64,000 nt of DNA. Origin: Euglena gracilis (Eukaryota). Positions 33,194-46,599 of the stretch are shown here, one piece after another (the stretch's first letter is position 1; every line of letters begins with the position of its first letter). The notes below the pieces were generated by a model, which saw nothing but the letters and a program-made list of their open reading frames with translations, searched no databases and was not told the origin of the DNA. The stretch is taken from assembly GCA_039621445.1 (NCBI GenBank), contig CP154954.1, forward strand, positions 11,071,229-11,135,228. Reading direction: 5' to 3'. Position numbers and translations under genes: made by a program.

Positions 33194-36100
33194 AGAAGGC
33201 AACCCTCCCAGGGGGGGGCAGCCCCAGGGAAGAAAAAATTGGTGCGGCTGAAAAAAAGAATGTTGAGGGGGACAAAAACTCGGGGAGGATCGAAGAAACT
33301 TGGGGAGGACAGACAACTGCTGTTAAAAACCCAGATTAAGTTGGCAAATGGGGAGGAAAAAACGGTTAGAATTTTGATTGACACGGGAGCTGAAGCAAAC
33401 CTCATTCGACAAGGGTTGATAGGGGACCACCTAATGTATCCTGCTAAGGACCCGTTAAGGTTTGAAACTGCCAATGGGCAAACTTTGGCGGGGGGGGAGC
33501 AGATGTGCTAAGGTGAAAATGATCCTACAACAAAATTGGAATGAGGAAAGGGAAATTGAGAGGGTGGAATATGAGGTTGAATTTTATGAGGCAAATATCA
33601 AAGTGGATGCAATTCTTTCTTATCCATGGTTGGCAGAAGCAAAACTGGGAATTTTTCCACACCACAAGGCGTTGGTAAAAGACAGCCCCGACCTGATTTT
33701 TTTGCGGGGTGTTGAAAGACGGAGGGGTCCGCAAAAATTCAGGGATGACACAAATTTTTCAGTGGACAATGTGACTGTGGCGGACGGGTCTTCGTTTGGG
33801 TTGCAAAAATTTGGTCTTTGTTTGCCTTTGGAGGGGTTGGACCAGGAATTGCAATTTTTGAGCGATGAGGACCTGGGGGAGGTTGCCACAAATTTGGAGG
33901 GAAGTGACCCCCCAGTGCAAGTTATCAACCGAATGATAATTGCAAGGGAGGGGGAGGACAAAAAAGAGGAGGAAAGGGTAGTCAAGTTGAGGGAACAAGT
34001 TTTGGAAGATTACAGGGGGACGGTATTTCGGTCATCGCCATTTCCAGACCCCCCCGAAAGAGGACAATATGGTTATGCATACATACCTTTGAAGGAGGGG
34101 GCGAAGCCAACCAGACAGAAGCCTTTTTTCATGCACGGTGAGCGGAAAGAGGCACTTGAAAAAATCACCCAAGACTGGCTCGACAAAAAATACATTGAGC
34201 CAGCCACAGCCAAAAATTCTGAATGGCTGTCCCAGACTTTTCCAGTTCCAAAAAAATCCAACGATTTTCCTTGGAGGGGGGTGGTGGACCTCAGGGGCCC
34301 AAACAGCCAAACAAGGCGATGCAACTACCCCCTACCCAAAATTGAAGACATTTTGGTCAAACATGGTGCAAACCAAATGTTTTCGATTATCGATTTGAAG
34401 CAAGCTTTTCACCAACAACCCTTACACCCAGAAAGTCGACCCATAACGTGTTGTTTTACCCCCAAAGGCATTTTTCAGTGGAGGGTGAACGTAATGGGTT
34501 TGACAAATGCCCCCCAGCAATTTCAGCAAATGATCGATGACCGTTTGACACCAGTAAGGGATATCGCCACAGGGTACATAGACGACATACTGGTGGGGAC
34601 AACGGTCGGGGAAGGGGAGGACCTGGTGGGGGCACACGAAAAAGATTGGAGGGTGTTGGAGGTGCTGAAAACAGAACTTTTGGTGGCTGATGAATTCAAA
34701 GCCAAACTTTTCGTTGAGGAGGTCGAATTTTGTGGACAGATTTTAGGAAACGGGACTAGGAGGCCTGCACCGGGTAAGTTACGAGCGATCGAAAAGTGGG
34801 AGGTTCCAAAAACAATTACGGCTTTGAGAGCCTTTTTGGGATTCACAAATTATTACAATGCATACATTCACATGTATGCGGAAGTAGCTGCCCGGCTGCA
34901 AGACAAATTGAAAGTCCCCAGGGAGGTGGGAAAGAAAGGAAGTCGAAAACCTGTGGAATTTGATGGGGAGGATTTAAAAGCTTTTGAGGAGCTGAAAAAA
35001 AGGTTGTGTTCGGGCCTAATGTTGCAACGGGTAGACCCAGATAAACCCTTTGTGCTAAGGGTTGATGCCAGTGGGTACGCCGTGGGGGCAACGTTAGAAC
35101 AAATGAAGGAGGGGGGAGGAAGACCCACAGCCCAGGATGTGATTGAGAAAAAAACTGTGCCAGTGGCTTTTATGTCTCGAAAATTGACCGAGGGGCAAAG
35201 AAAATGGACCCCCAGGGAGTTGGAGACGTACGCCATAATTTTGGCACTACAAAAATGGGAAAGTTGGATTGGATTGCAACCCGTTTTGGTTTTAACCGAC
35301 CACCAAAGTTTGGAGTCTTGGACAAGGGAAGTCCTAGACACCCCCAGTGGTCCGGTTGGGAGGAGGGCGAGATGGCATCAAATTTTCTCCAAGTATGATT
35401 TGACGGTGGGATATATCCCGGGTAAAGAAAATACCATAGCGGATATCCTTAGTCGGTGGGCATACCCAGCTTCACAGGCCTTAAGGGATATAAGTAAGCA
35501 CGGGTCAGCCGAAGACAAGGATGAAATGGAAAATTTTATCCGGGAGGAAAAAGAAGAGGAAAAACAGTGTTTGGAGATAAGAATCAAAAACCAGCCCAAT
35601 TTACGTAATGCCTGGATACGGGGGGTGACAACCCGTAGTGGCAAAAACGTAACCCCTGAGGAGGAAAAAGGAGAGTGCACAAGGAGGGGAACCGAGGGTG
35701 GGGTAGACCCAGGAGGAAAAGACACCCCTGTGGACACCCACTCACAAGGGCCCAGGAAAGAAAAGAAACGAGTTCATTTTTGGGATGAGAAAGTGGGGGG
35801 GGAGACGACCCCTGTCCCGGGGACGGCTGAAAGTTCGAGGGGGGACACTCGTATGGAAGTGGGGGACGCCCTGCCAAGTACGACCCCTAAGGATATTAAG
35901 CCCGTATGGGAGCGTGATTGGGGGGAAGCATATTCCCGATGCCCCACATGGAAAGAAAAATGGGAGGCTACCAAAGGTGGTTCAGTTTGGCCCAAAAGCT
36001 ATAAAGTCTTGAACGGTCAACTGTTTTTCGAGGAAAAGTTGTGTGTGCCTGAAAGTTTTCAACACTTGGTGATTCAAGAAAATCACGAGTTTTTGGGGCA

Positions 36101-37840
36101 CGTTGGCCCTGAAAAAAGTTTGGAAACACATGACAATCCGTTTTGTTTGGGCTGATGAAAAGGCTGCAAAGCAACTCAACCAAAATTGCAGCAAAAATTG
36201 TTACACATGCCAAGCGAGTGTGAGGGGGGAGAGTTTGAAAGGACCGATCGAGTCCACACCCATACCCCCTGCACTAATGACAAGTGTTGCCATTGATTTG
36301 TTTCGGATGCCAAGGGTTTTACACGATGGGGGGGAGTATGACACCCTAGCCCTTTGTGTGGATAGGCATTCGGGTTGGATTGTGGGGGTTGCATGCAAGG
36401 ACAAGGGATTAACCGGAGCCAAGTTGGCTAAGGAAATGGTGAAAAATCAGTGGAGGCCTTTTGGGGTTCCCTCGGTCATCTCAAGTGACCAAGGGAGCCA
36501 TTTCACAAGCACTTGGTGGAAAAACATGTGTGCGCTTTTGGGGATTAGGCAAGCATATTCCCAAGCATACCACCACCAAGCAAACGGGAGGGTTGAGAGA
36601 GCCGGACAACAGGTGATGGAGGTGTTGAGAAAATTGTACGTGGAGGAAAAAATTAATTGGGTTGAAGCTTTACCCCAAGTTTTGGACCGAATTCATGACG
36701 TAAAGGGGGAAAGCGGATTGAGCCCATATGAAATTGTGACCGGTAGGGAAAGACCATTGGCAGGGGTACCCTACCAACCACCCAAAGAATGTGAGGATTC
36801 GGTGGAGTTTTTCCGAAGGATGCAAGACATTGATGGGAGGGTGGCTAGGATACTCAACAAAAAGCATGAGGAGGAGGTGGCAAGGATAAATAAGGGGAGG
36901 AAAGAAATGGAACCCCTAAAGGTGGGGACGACAGTTTGGTATAAGAGACCCGAGGGGTCGGGTGAGAAGCTTGACTCTAGGTGGGTGGGACCTGGGGTCG
37001 TGAAGGGAAGAGAGGGGGAACGGAGTTATGTAATTGAGATGAAATCTGGGGTGGAGACGAAAGCTCATAGGAGTTTTTTGAAGAAGTATCGGGAACCCCA
37101 AGTGGAAGGTAAGGGGGTGCCTCTTTTTTATTATAAACGAACCGAAAAAGAAGAAGAGGCATTACCTGATGAGTGGGAGGTGGAAAAAATCGTAAGGCAC
37201 CGGAAAGGAAAAGATGGAAAGTGGGAATTTTTAACAAAGTGGGTCGGATATGAGGACGGGGAGGAGACCTGGGAACCGGCAGGAAATTTCATTCACCGTT
37301 TCAGTGGAGAGTTTGTAAAGTATTGTCGTGAGAAAAAAGTGAAAATGGACATAATGTCCGAACTTAAAATTGACGGTGGGCCGTAGGCTCTAAGGTGAGC
37401 CATAAGGCCCTGTCCAAAGGCTCTACGGTGAGCCTAATGGGAAGGCAAAGTGCTGTTTTTAAAATTCAAAAACCCGATTTGCACGTCCGTGTGGGTGTGA
37501 GTGCACGCACACACGCGTGAGCGTGTAAAGGAGAGAATGTACAAATGCAAGGATTTGCAAGGAGAATGGAGAAAGGTAAAAAAAAAAAAAAGGCCCCGCA
37601 AGGGGGCCGGGGCACCTCAGCATATTCGCCGCCGCATTGCTGTTGTACTCGCCCCACTGCGCTTATATTTGCCCCACCGCACTTATATTTGTACTTGTAC
37701 TCGCCCCACTGCGCCTATATTTGCCGTCCTCCCCTCTTCCCTCCCGGTGTTGTAGGTTTGGAGATTGATTCTTTGAGATGATGGATTACATTACGGTTGG
37801 GAGCTTTTGGTCATATTATGAGCCCCCCCTTCGGTTTTGC

Positions 37841-38175
37841 AAAATCCCCCCGGCCCGAGGAGGGGGGGGGGGGCTTGAATTTTTTAAAAATCCCCCCGGC
37901 CCGAGGAGGGGGGGGGGGCGCTTGAATTTTTGACAAAAATCCCCCCGGCCCGAGGAGGGGGGGGGGGGCGCTTGATTTTTGGACAAAAATCCCCCCGCCC
38001 CGGGGAGGGGGGGGGGGGGCGCTCGTTTTTTTGAAAAAATTCCCCCCGGCCCGAGGGGGGGGGGGGGGGCGCTCGATTTTTTGACAAAAATCCCCCCGGC
38101 CCGAGGAGGGGGGGGGGCGCCAACCGAATTTTTACCAAAAATCCCCCGACCCGGTGGAAAGGGGGGGGGGGCAGA
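37841..38175 (+). repeat. ~50-bp G/C-run tandem repeat, about 7 units, in the family A 3' UTR
   Basis: AAAATCCCCCCGGCCCGAGGAG(G)nCGCTTGA(A)TTTTT recurs near 37841, 37887, 37937, 37986, 38037, 38087 and 38137. Confidence 0.88.
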
Positions 38176-38442
38176 TCTTGGTGAAGACCCTCATTCCACC
38201 CGTGAGAAGCGGGGGGAGGGGGGGGGGGGGGCAGCCAAATATCCATTGGTTGGTGAACCGAATCTTTCCCAAGGGTTCGAAGGCACTTGAAAGCCATAGT
38301 CCCTGAATTTTGTTTCCCGTTTGGTTGGTTCAAGGGATCATGTGTGGGACATAGGCTTTGGGTGAAGGAGTGCCAATTGGAGGAGTTCCCCCCTCTTTGG
38401 TGAGGGGGGGGGGGCGAGTTTTTGGTGTCCGACTAAGGTCGC

Positions 38443-38453
38443 AAGGGAGGGGG
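38443..38453 (+). promoter_or_regulatory. Polypurine tract
   Basis: AAGGGAGGGGG immediately before the TGT of the 3' LTR. Confidence 0.85.
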
Positions 38454-39300
38454 TGTCGGCCGCCGGCTTTCGCCGGCAGCCAAAAATTGCCAGAAAGCAC
38501 AAATTCCAAAGTCGCGGGTAACAGCCAATCAGTTACAAAAACCCGCGACACAAATTGGAAGCGGGTCAAATTACTTTCCACCTTCAAATTCTGTTTTTTC
38601 ACAGAACTTGAGGGGTTTTCCCCATTATCCCCATTATTTGGCAAAGCGGAAATACATTGAAGTGGATTTGATCAATCACATTGTTGAATTGGAATTGACA
38701 GTTACCTTGTTGGTCATTGCATTGTTGGTGGAGTCATTGAAGTCAATTTGGTATTGAAATCAAGAAGGAGAACCCTACAACACCGCCAACCTCACCGCTG
38801 CCCTTACCCCCTTCCCCCTTCACCTCCTTGCCCCAAGGTTTGCACATTTCATACATTCACATTTCACAGTTTCAGTTTCAAGTGTCTTCTCATTCAAGTT
38901 TCGGAGTTTCAGAATTCAAGTTTCTTTCAGTTTTGGCTTCAAAGTTCCAAGTTTCAGTGGGTTGGTTTTTGCCTACAAGGTGTGTGAGAGAGAGAGAGGA
39001 GAGAAGTGAGATTTGCACACCAAATGGCAGATTTTTTGTTTTTCACAAAAATTTCGGAAAACATTGAAAAAACGATCCTACGCGCTGGCTGGGGTTGGGG
39101 AAACCACCTGGGTGAAAAAATGGGGGTTGGCTTGAGCCCACCAATTCCCCGAGAAAGCGCAGGCCCCACCCTGGAAACACCCACCCCCCTGCTGTCGGTG
39201 GTTATCCACGACGGCGAGGACCCCCCCGGGCCTTCGGCCCACCGGGACTCGCCGGTCGCGGGGGCGACCGGCGGCGCACAGGGGGTGGGGCCGGCGAACA
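38454..39300 (+). repeat. Family A 3' LTR (847 bp)
   Basis: TGTCGGCC...GGCGAACA; homologous to 11318-12169. Confidence 0.9.
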
Positions 39301-39304
39301 GTAC

Positions 39305-39660
39305 TGGCGTAAAATGGGTATCCCAAAATTACGTCAGACCCGTGATTTCCGGACTCGTAACCGAAAATATTGGTGAAATGTTGCAATTGTGGGGGGGGTG
39401 AGTGATGCTTGGGGATGATGGGCAAGAGTATCTCGAGCACACATCCCAAATTACCACGGACACATGGGGGTGTTATCCGCGGCTGTAATTTTGATCGGTT
39501 TCTTGGCGCTTACCAAGAGCGGGGTCGGTATCAACCCGAACCGAAAGAGCAGTGCAATGCGACAACCAGTGTCAACGAGAATTTTAACTTTAGTGGAGAA
39601 ATTTTGAATGCGGATTTTCCATTGGTGGTACGCAAAGTGAAGGTTCTGGCGGAAATACAT
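39305..39660 (-). pseudogene. Family B aspartic protease
   Basis: KILVDTGCRIALL...DVILGYPF. Confidence 0.82.
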
Positions 39661-40021
39661 TTGCCTGCCAGCTTTCCTATGAACCGTTTCCTACTTTGCT
39701 CAGCATTCCGAGCGGAAATGTGGAGTGGGGGGTAGGGGACCCGAAATAATTCCGGGTACTGACCGTGAAGGTGGATGGGCAGGGGGGGCAAGGTTGATCA
39801 GGTCTTACCTCCATCTGTTCATCAGCCCAGAGGTCCGAGCCCTCGGACCTCGGGCTCCCCTACTCCAAGTCCGAACCCGCCGCATAGCCGGAAACGGACT
39901 TTTTGGTGGAATAGATGTAATTCAATGAGCGCACCGCCATTCGGGCCTCATTAAATTCTCCGTCCGAGGTCTCATCCCCCTCCCTGCCCGAAGCCGGGGT
40001 GTCCTCCTCCAAACAACAAAG

Positions 40022-43000
40022 CTAGAAACCTACTTTTTGCCGGTTGGAGGAGTTACCACGGTCCTCGCAGCGCTTACCGCGATTTCTGTAGCCGGGCCGG
40101 GGGGAACGAGACCTGGGACATTTGGATGAGTGATGGTCTTTGGAACCGCAAAGTGAACAACGGGATTTGTGGCGGGATTCCGCATAACGGGGGGAACGGT
40201 ATTCCGTTCTTCCATCAAACCGTCGTGGTGAACGGGTTTCCTGTCGACCATGACCGGTGTATCGGGGTTTCCCCGATGACTCGCGCCGAAGAGGATGATC
40301 CACTTCGCGAACGAGATCGTGAAGAGTCGCGATTGAAATCTTGTTTTCGGGTAGGGGGACCAGGTGACCGACCGCGAGAAGGACGGGTTTCCCGACCATT
40401 AAGCGATGGTGACTTAGGCCTACCACCGCAAAAGCGGTTCTCCGAAGAACGTGAAACTCCCGATTGACGTGAAAACGCCGAGGAACCCGATCCCCGTGAG
40501 GAGGGCGAGCCCCTTGGGCTTCCAATACGCTTTCGCGCATCGGGATTCGGGCACTCCCGAGACATGTGACCAGATTTGTTACACAAAAAGCACAGTTTAT
40601 CCGTGCCTTGGTCCGAAGAACGCTGATTCCGCGTTTTCGGTCCCGTGGTGGGTGATCTTGGTGACTTGGGTGATTTGTACAACGCATTAACCGCACCCGC
40701 AGGGATTCCCGCGGTGGGATGCGTTTGGAAAGCGGACTGCATTTGTCCCAAAACTTGTGTGAGCTTGAGTTGCTTTGACGCATAATTCCAACGTTGGGCA
40801 AGAGTCATCTCATGCCCTGCCAACTCCTCGCGATGGATATCCTTCACGAGGGATGGTGTGAAATGCAACAAAACCGCATCGAATTGTTTGCGCATTTGCC
40901 TCTCGCTAAGTTCATCAACTTCGGAAGCAAGTGCTAACCATTTGGCATACCAAAGGTCAACGGATTTCCATTTGCGATCCGATGGCGCGCATTGTCGCCA
41001 TTTCTTCTCCAGGGTAATCCTGGTGACCAAGCTTGAATTGGTTGAAGCGTGTTGCTCAACCAGATCATCAAATGATACGCCATTACGTATCACCAAATTG
41101 CGTGCGCGTTCTCGCTCCTGACTCGGTAGGCAATCGATGAATTACATCTTGACTACCTCGGGATTCGGGTCTTGGGTGGGTCCTTTTAGTGCCCAGTAGT
41201 ACTCCCAGTACCGAAAAAAATTGTCTCCATGTGGTTGGATCCCAGTCCCATTGGGGCTTCACCTTGTTCGCGATTGCGATGGTGCCCTTGAAGTCTCTCT
41301 GAGTAACCCGTTGACCCTCGGTGGTATTCCAGGGGTTTGGCTCCGGGTAATTCTTAACACCAAACGCGTTTCGCGGATTTTCCGTTCCAAGTGTGACCTG
41401 TGCAGGATTTCCCTCACCAAGTGTAAGGTTGGCAGGATTTTCCTGCGGGAATTGCGAAAAATGTGGTAAAATTCTCCTGGTGGGGCGGGTTTCCCGCCGA
41501 AAACCCGATGGCGGTTGGTATGATCGCGAATGCGACACAACACCAATACCAGGTGTGGGGTGTTGGCTCATTCCTCGTACAAGGTTGGAATGTTGAATTT
41601 CTTCGTGGAGACTCGAAGTTTCGAGCGGTGGATCAATTTCCTCATCGGAAATGTCGTGTGAAAAGTGGGTTTGTGCATTGGGCAAATGCAAAGGTGGTAC
41701 AATTAGCGTTTTCGCAGGTGGCTGTACCAAATTCGCGGTGGATGTAGGGATTCCTACTCCAGAAACGGTAATTTGAGAACACGATTCAGGGACATTTGGA
41801 ATACCAACCCCAGCGCTTACCGCGGTGGGTGGTGGCATAACCGGTACCGGAGTGGACATTTTATCCAAACTCGCGGACAAGTCATGCACCGTTTCTTCCA
41901 AATGTTCCACCAACTGGAGTTGGCCGCAAATACGGTCAACCACAGTCTCCAAATGCCTAATGCGTTTGCGGTAACGGGAAAAATCGTCCAAGTTTGGTAA
42001 CTTTTCAGAAACCAAGTGTAAATCTTGGACAAGTTGTCCTTGGGACTCCTCCACATTCTGGAGTTGACCCGCAAGCGCTTTTACTGCATTTGCGACAATT
42101 TGCAATTGGTGGGGTGAATTGGTGTGGGTTTCCGCGGTGGTGCGCGAATTTTCCGCGGTTGGCTTTTCCAACGACGCATAAATTCGCCCATCCAACCGTG
42201 AAACCTCATCTTGCATGGATCGGGCATTCCGATTCACAGATTCCTCAAGTTGAATCAAACTCGTGCAAAATGCTTGCAAGGTTTCCTTGTTGTCACCAAG
42301 CATTTTGATATAAAATGAGTGAAATTCTGGTGACTCGGATATCCGAGCGCGCGAGATATTGGGGAGTGCACGAATTTCCGCTATTGTGGTGGACAACAAT
42401 ATGCAACAGGTTTGCAACTCCCCAATAGCGGCTTGAATACCACTAATGTCGGGGATTCGCTTGGAAAGTGCGGAAACATGCTCCTGCAAACCGACAACGG
42501 TGGCATTAATACCGCCAATGTCCGTTTGCATTTGTTGTTGCGTGAAATCCAACCGTTGTGCGCAATCCGCGATTTTCGCGTTCAAGGAGGGTAATCCATC
42601 CTGGTTAGCGGCACAATTGCAGGATTTTTGCTCTAACTGTGAAATTCGTTCCTCCAAAAGCTGGATTTGCGTACGGGGAACAACATTTTCTTGCACTTTC
42701 GCTTGAAGTTGCTTCAAATGTTCGATTTCCGAGCAAAGATGCAAAATCCGTTGTTGGGCTTCTTGGAAAGAAGTGGTGAGTGCGGCAAAATGCTCAACCG
42801 CAACAAAGTTACCGATTTCCGGCATTTTTGGGGGTGGCATTTTGCGCTTGTAACTGGTGCTGCAATTGCAGTAGCATGTTTGAACAGGATTCCACCTTGG
42901 CAAAAAGATGGCTCATACCATCTTGCACATGCAGAAACTTGGAATCATTCCGCGTTTCTGCTTCATGCAGTGTTTCACTGATTTGTTGGAACTTTTGTGG

Positions 43001-43912
43001 AAGTTGGATGAGCAAAATACTGTCCACACTTTCTCGAAAATGCTGAAGGTGTTTCCCCGCATTTTCAAAATTGTGTTGGCAATATTTGCCCATTTCCTGC
43101 AAATAATTCCAGCAATATTCCAGCTTGGTGTTGACAACCCTTTGATTGTCCTCATCAAACTGCAAAACCTTGTTAAGCATGGTTGCACATTCCGCAACGC
43201 ATTGGTGGACATGCAAAATTTGCTTGCTTAGCGGGTGATCTGCTGGGAGTTGACCGAGAATCCGGTAAACATCACCGGGGGTGAGGTTATCCCTCAAATC
43301 ATCACCATAGTCCTCCACAACGGAAACGGCACCAGAGATTTCCGGTACCACCAGACGCATATCTGGATTCCATGGCAAAGCAGGGAAAACCGCAGTTTCC
43401 GCGGGTAATCCCGGCAATTCGTGAAATGGTGTGGGGGGTGGAAATTGAGGGGGGGGTTGGAAAAAACACGGTGTTTCCACCGAGTTGCACTCCAAATTGC
43501 CCACCGGTGCTTCTACTGGGGATCTTTTGGGTGTGAACAGAGCAAAGGGCAAATACCCCTCACTTTGTTCATGGGTAACATGAGTAACCAAGTGTAAAGG
43601 TGCAAGGGGTTCATCCCCTCGCCCACTTAATGATTGGTGAACCAGGATGGAGGAAGGCATTTTGCCACCTACATCCCGCACAATCAATGACAATGATGAT
43701 GAGGAAGGCTTATTGCCCCCTTGCAACAATAAATGCGTTTCGCCTTGTGACAATGACAATTCACGCAATGTGTCTTCTTGTTGCTTGGCGAGTCGGGAAT
43801 TGGAACTTGTTTCACTCGAACCGTTCCAATCCCCGCAATCTTCATCAAGATTGGTCAATGAACTCATCAACAAGTCATAATCAAATTTGTGGTTGGGGCT
43901 TGTGCTCTGCAT
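40022..43912 (-). pseudogene. gag: Family B gag with coiled coil, two CCHC zinc knuckles and an RS-rich tail; frameshifted
   Basis: ORFs 42809-43936, 41083-42903, 40215-41096 and 40022-40801; CFLCNKSGHMSREC and CSLCGSKDHHSSKC. Confidence 0.85.
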
Positions 43913-44137
43913 CTTTTGAGATGGATAAAAAGGCAAAAACCCAAAAATTCACACAAATAAGCAGAGAAACAGGGAGCAGAAAGGTTGTATCGGCGAATAC
44001 CGAACAGAGCCTTCTGAGACCTGTATCTTTGCTTAAAGGTTGGCTAAGGGCCAGGAACAGTACTTTCACCGTGTTTCACGGCTCAGTACGATCCTCACCA
44101 CCAGTCAACCACAGAGTTTCTCTGTGTAGGACCGTAA

Positions 44138-44564
44138 CCTAATTCTGCTACCAAGTGTACGTCCAAGGACTTCCCTTTGACCCCTTTTGTCCCGGAAAAG
44201 CCTGTTTTGCTTTCTCCTGGTGCGCACCTACTTAGGTGAGTAAAAATCCTTGGAGTAACAAAACCCTTTTTCCCAATTCCCCTACGCTAAGGCAGAGCAC
44301 AAAGCAAGTCAATGTGAAAGGATTTTCCTTCACAGTCGTGTTCAGTCCTTTCAGAGGTTTATCCTCTTACTTCAAAACAATCAGAATGGGAAGAATAGAA
44401 TACCACCTGTGAGGAAAAGAGATCACGCGAGCACGTGTGATACGTGTCGCTAATTCCCATAGGATCTGCCACGATCGTCAGGCTGTGTTCACCACAGCCG
44501 TCAGATTGTGACGGATCCAGACTCTGCAGGTATCCTACAGAGCTGGGATCGTGCCTGGTACACA
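44138..44564 (-). repeat. Family B 5' LTR (44156-44564) plus PBS TGGTAGCAGA (iMet-type)
   Basis: Minus strand TGTGTACCAGGC...GACGTACA-CT-TGGTAGCAGA; the same termini as the LTRs at 46600, 50505 and 56540. Confidence 0.85.
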
Positions 44565-45935
44565 CCATATACCTACCCTGGGGATTGGCCATGAATCGCT
44601 AATGCGAAACACGGAACTTACCGCGATCCCTCGATTTGCGGGTGAACAACGGTATTCCTACTCCCCTGGTATGTTACCACACCCCGAATTGCGGAATCGC
44701 GACCCTTTACAATCCGAATCGCGGAATCGCGTAACACAACCATATAAGTCGCGGAACTGCGATGTACCAAATACCCATGGTACCTACGGTACCATGTGTA
44801 CCATCCCGGATGCGCATTCGCGCATGCCACCACAACAACCCTATAACAACAATTACGATGGAAATCGCGGCCCACAACGCGATTTCAAAGGCACCATTAC
44901 ATGTGCCAACACGGTGAAACCACAATGGGACGGAGATCCCACAACTTGGAAACAATTTTGGCGCGATTGGACATACTGTTGGGACTTGAAGGGTCCAACC
45001 CAAGACGGGAGCCCAAAGGTAATCAAGATGGAATTCATTGATTGCTTTCCCAAGGAAGAAAAAGATCGCGCCCGACAACTTGTGATCCGGAACCGGATTA
45101 CGTTTGATGAACTGGTTGACCAATATGCGTCAACCTGTTCAAGCCCAATTTCGCGAATTACGCTGGATAAATAATGGCGGCAATTCGCACCAACTGACCG
45201 AAAATGGAAGTCAATCGACCTTTGGTATTCCAAATGGTTGGGATTGGCTTCTGAGGTTGACGAACTGGGAGAGAATCAAATGAAAGAACAATTCGATGCG
45301 GTTCTCCTCCATTTCATTCCTTAAATTATCAAGGACATCCACCGCGAGGAACTGGCGGACAACAAACTCACACTTGAACAACGATGAAAAAACGTTTCCA
45401 AACAAATGAAACTCTCACAACTTTTGGGACAGATACAATCGGCTTACACCAGCCACCCTACCGCTGGTCTCCCTAGCAGTACAGTAAGTGCCCTACAAAA
45501 GACTTCTTCTCCAAAATCCCCACGGGGATACCGTAAACATACAAACCCCCCAAGGGGCGATACAAAAACGCGCTATGTGCGCTCACCTGACCAATCTTCT
45601 GACAAAATTTGCTTTTTGTGCAACAAATCGGGGCATACGTCCCGGGACTGCCCCCACCCTTGTACGCGAAAGCGGTATCAGAGTCCAAGGGGTTCTCAAT
45701 CCTCGCGGAGCTCTCGCTCCTCTGGATGTTCGCACAAATCTGGACAATCACAATCTTCGGGTTATCAAACAAAGGTCCTGATCACCGTTCCGCGACCGCG
45801 GACGCGATCGCGCACCACATGGTCGATCTCCCGGAACCCCCTTACAAACGTGACACAAGTCGCGATTCATCGCGATCACGTTCGCGAAGTGGATCATCTT
45901 CTTCAGGATCGTCATCCGGGAAACCGGATAACTAT
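44565..45935 (+). pseudogene. gag: Family B gag fragment (capsid-like + CCHC knuckle)
   Basis: QRDFKGTI..VKPQWDGDPTTWKQFW and CFLCNKSGHTSRDC; homologous to 40300-41560(-). Confidence 0.82.
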
Positions 45936-46599
45936 GAGAGGTGCTTGGGGATGATAGGGAGGAGTATGTCCAAAAAGCATCCCAAGTCATCACCACACAT
46001 GGGGCTGTTGTCAGCAGTCATAATTTTGATGGGGTACTTGGCTTTCACCAAGAGGGAGTTAGGAATTAATCCCGTTCGAAAGAGAAGGGGGATTCGCCAC
46101 CCTGTGTCGACCAAAATTTGGCATTTGGTGGAAACATTTTGTGTTTGGATTTCCGCTTGGACGAAAAGTTCCATGGGTGGTACGCAAAGTGCAGGATCCG
46201 GTGTAAAACTGTTGTCTCTCCAACTATTCCAGGATCCCGTTCCTACTTTGCTCAGCATTCCAGGCAGAAATTTGGAGTGGGGGGTGGGGGACCCGAAAAT
46301 TTTCCGGGTACGCACCAAAAAGGCAGATGGGCAGGGAAAGTAAGGTTGATCAGGTCCTACTTCCGTCTGTTCATCAGCCCAGAGGTCCGTTCCCACAGAC
46401 CTCGGGCTCCCCTACTCCAAGTCCGATTCAGCACTTCGGCTGTCTCTCGTTTTCTTGTGTGAGTAGATAGCGCGCAATGCGCGGACCGCATTGCGGTCAT
46501 CCTCCAATGAGGATTCGGAGTTCTCATCCCCCTCCCTGCCCGAAGCCGGGGTTCCCTCCTCTAAAGACGAGATTTTGAACCCGACCTTGTGTTTTCTAT
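45935..46599 (-). pseudogene. Family B gag-PR junction/protease fragment
   Basis: ILVDTGWRIPLLF; homologous to 39400-40040. Confidence 0.8.

Larger units (their letters stand above)
31919..37386 (+). pseudogene. pol: Family A pol: C5-MTase, N6A-MTase, PR, RT, RNase H, IN, chromodomain; one nonsense codon (32555-32557) and two homopolymer frameshifts (~33495, ~36115)
   Basis: ORFs 31937-32557, 32663-33511, 33462-36155 and 36103-37386. Motifs LIDTGA; IIDLKQAFHQ, YIDDIL; VDASGYAVGA, TDH; HEFLGH..CYTC, IDLF, SDQG, GRVE; EWEVEKI..KWVGYEDGEETWEP. Confidence 0.93.
27467..39300 (+). mobile_element. Family A Gypsy/chromovirus element copy 2, near-complete, TSD GTAC, with rearranged palindromic 5' LTR
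   Basis: GTAC at 27463-27466 and 39301-39304; PBS at 27957; PPT at 38443-38453; 3' LTR; full gag-pol domain set. Confidence 0.92.
18598..44564 (-). mobile_element. Family B chromovirus-like element (5' LTR-gag-PR-Dam-RT-RH-IN-CHD-ORF3), 3' end lost, interrupted by family A copy 2
   Basis: Ordered minus-strand domains. The sequence DVILGYPFYAST|DWLW rejoins across 39301/27466 and is colinear with an uninterrupted homologue at ~48295-48365. Confidence 0.85.

Noticed and set aside
33485-33500. Programmed frameshift in the protease region (and at ~36115)
   Set aside because: The G-run is one base shorter and in frame in copy 1, so this is a homopolymer indel or sequencing error. The A-run at ~36115 has no second copy to compare but falls inside the integrase zinc-finger region.
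40015-40030. Programmed readthrough at the family B gag TAG
   Set aside because: The paralogue at ~46580(-) has a sense codon (KVGFKISSLEE), so the stop is probably a copy-specific mutation.
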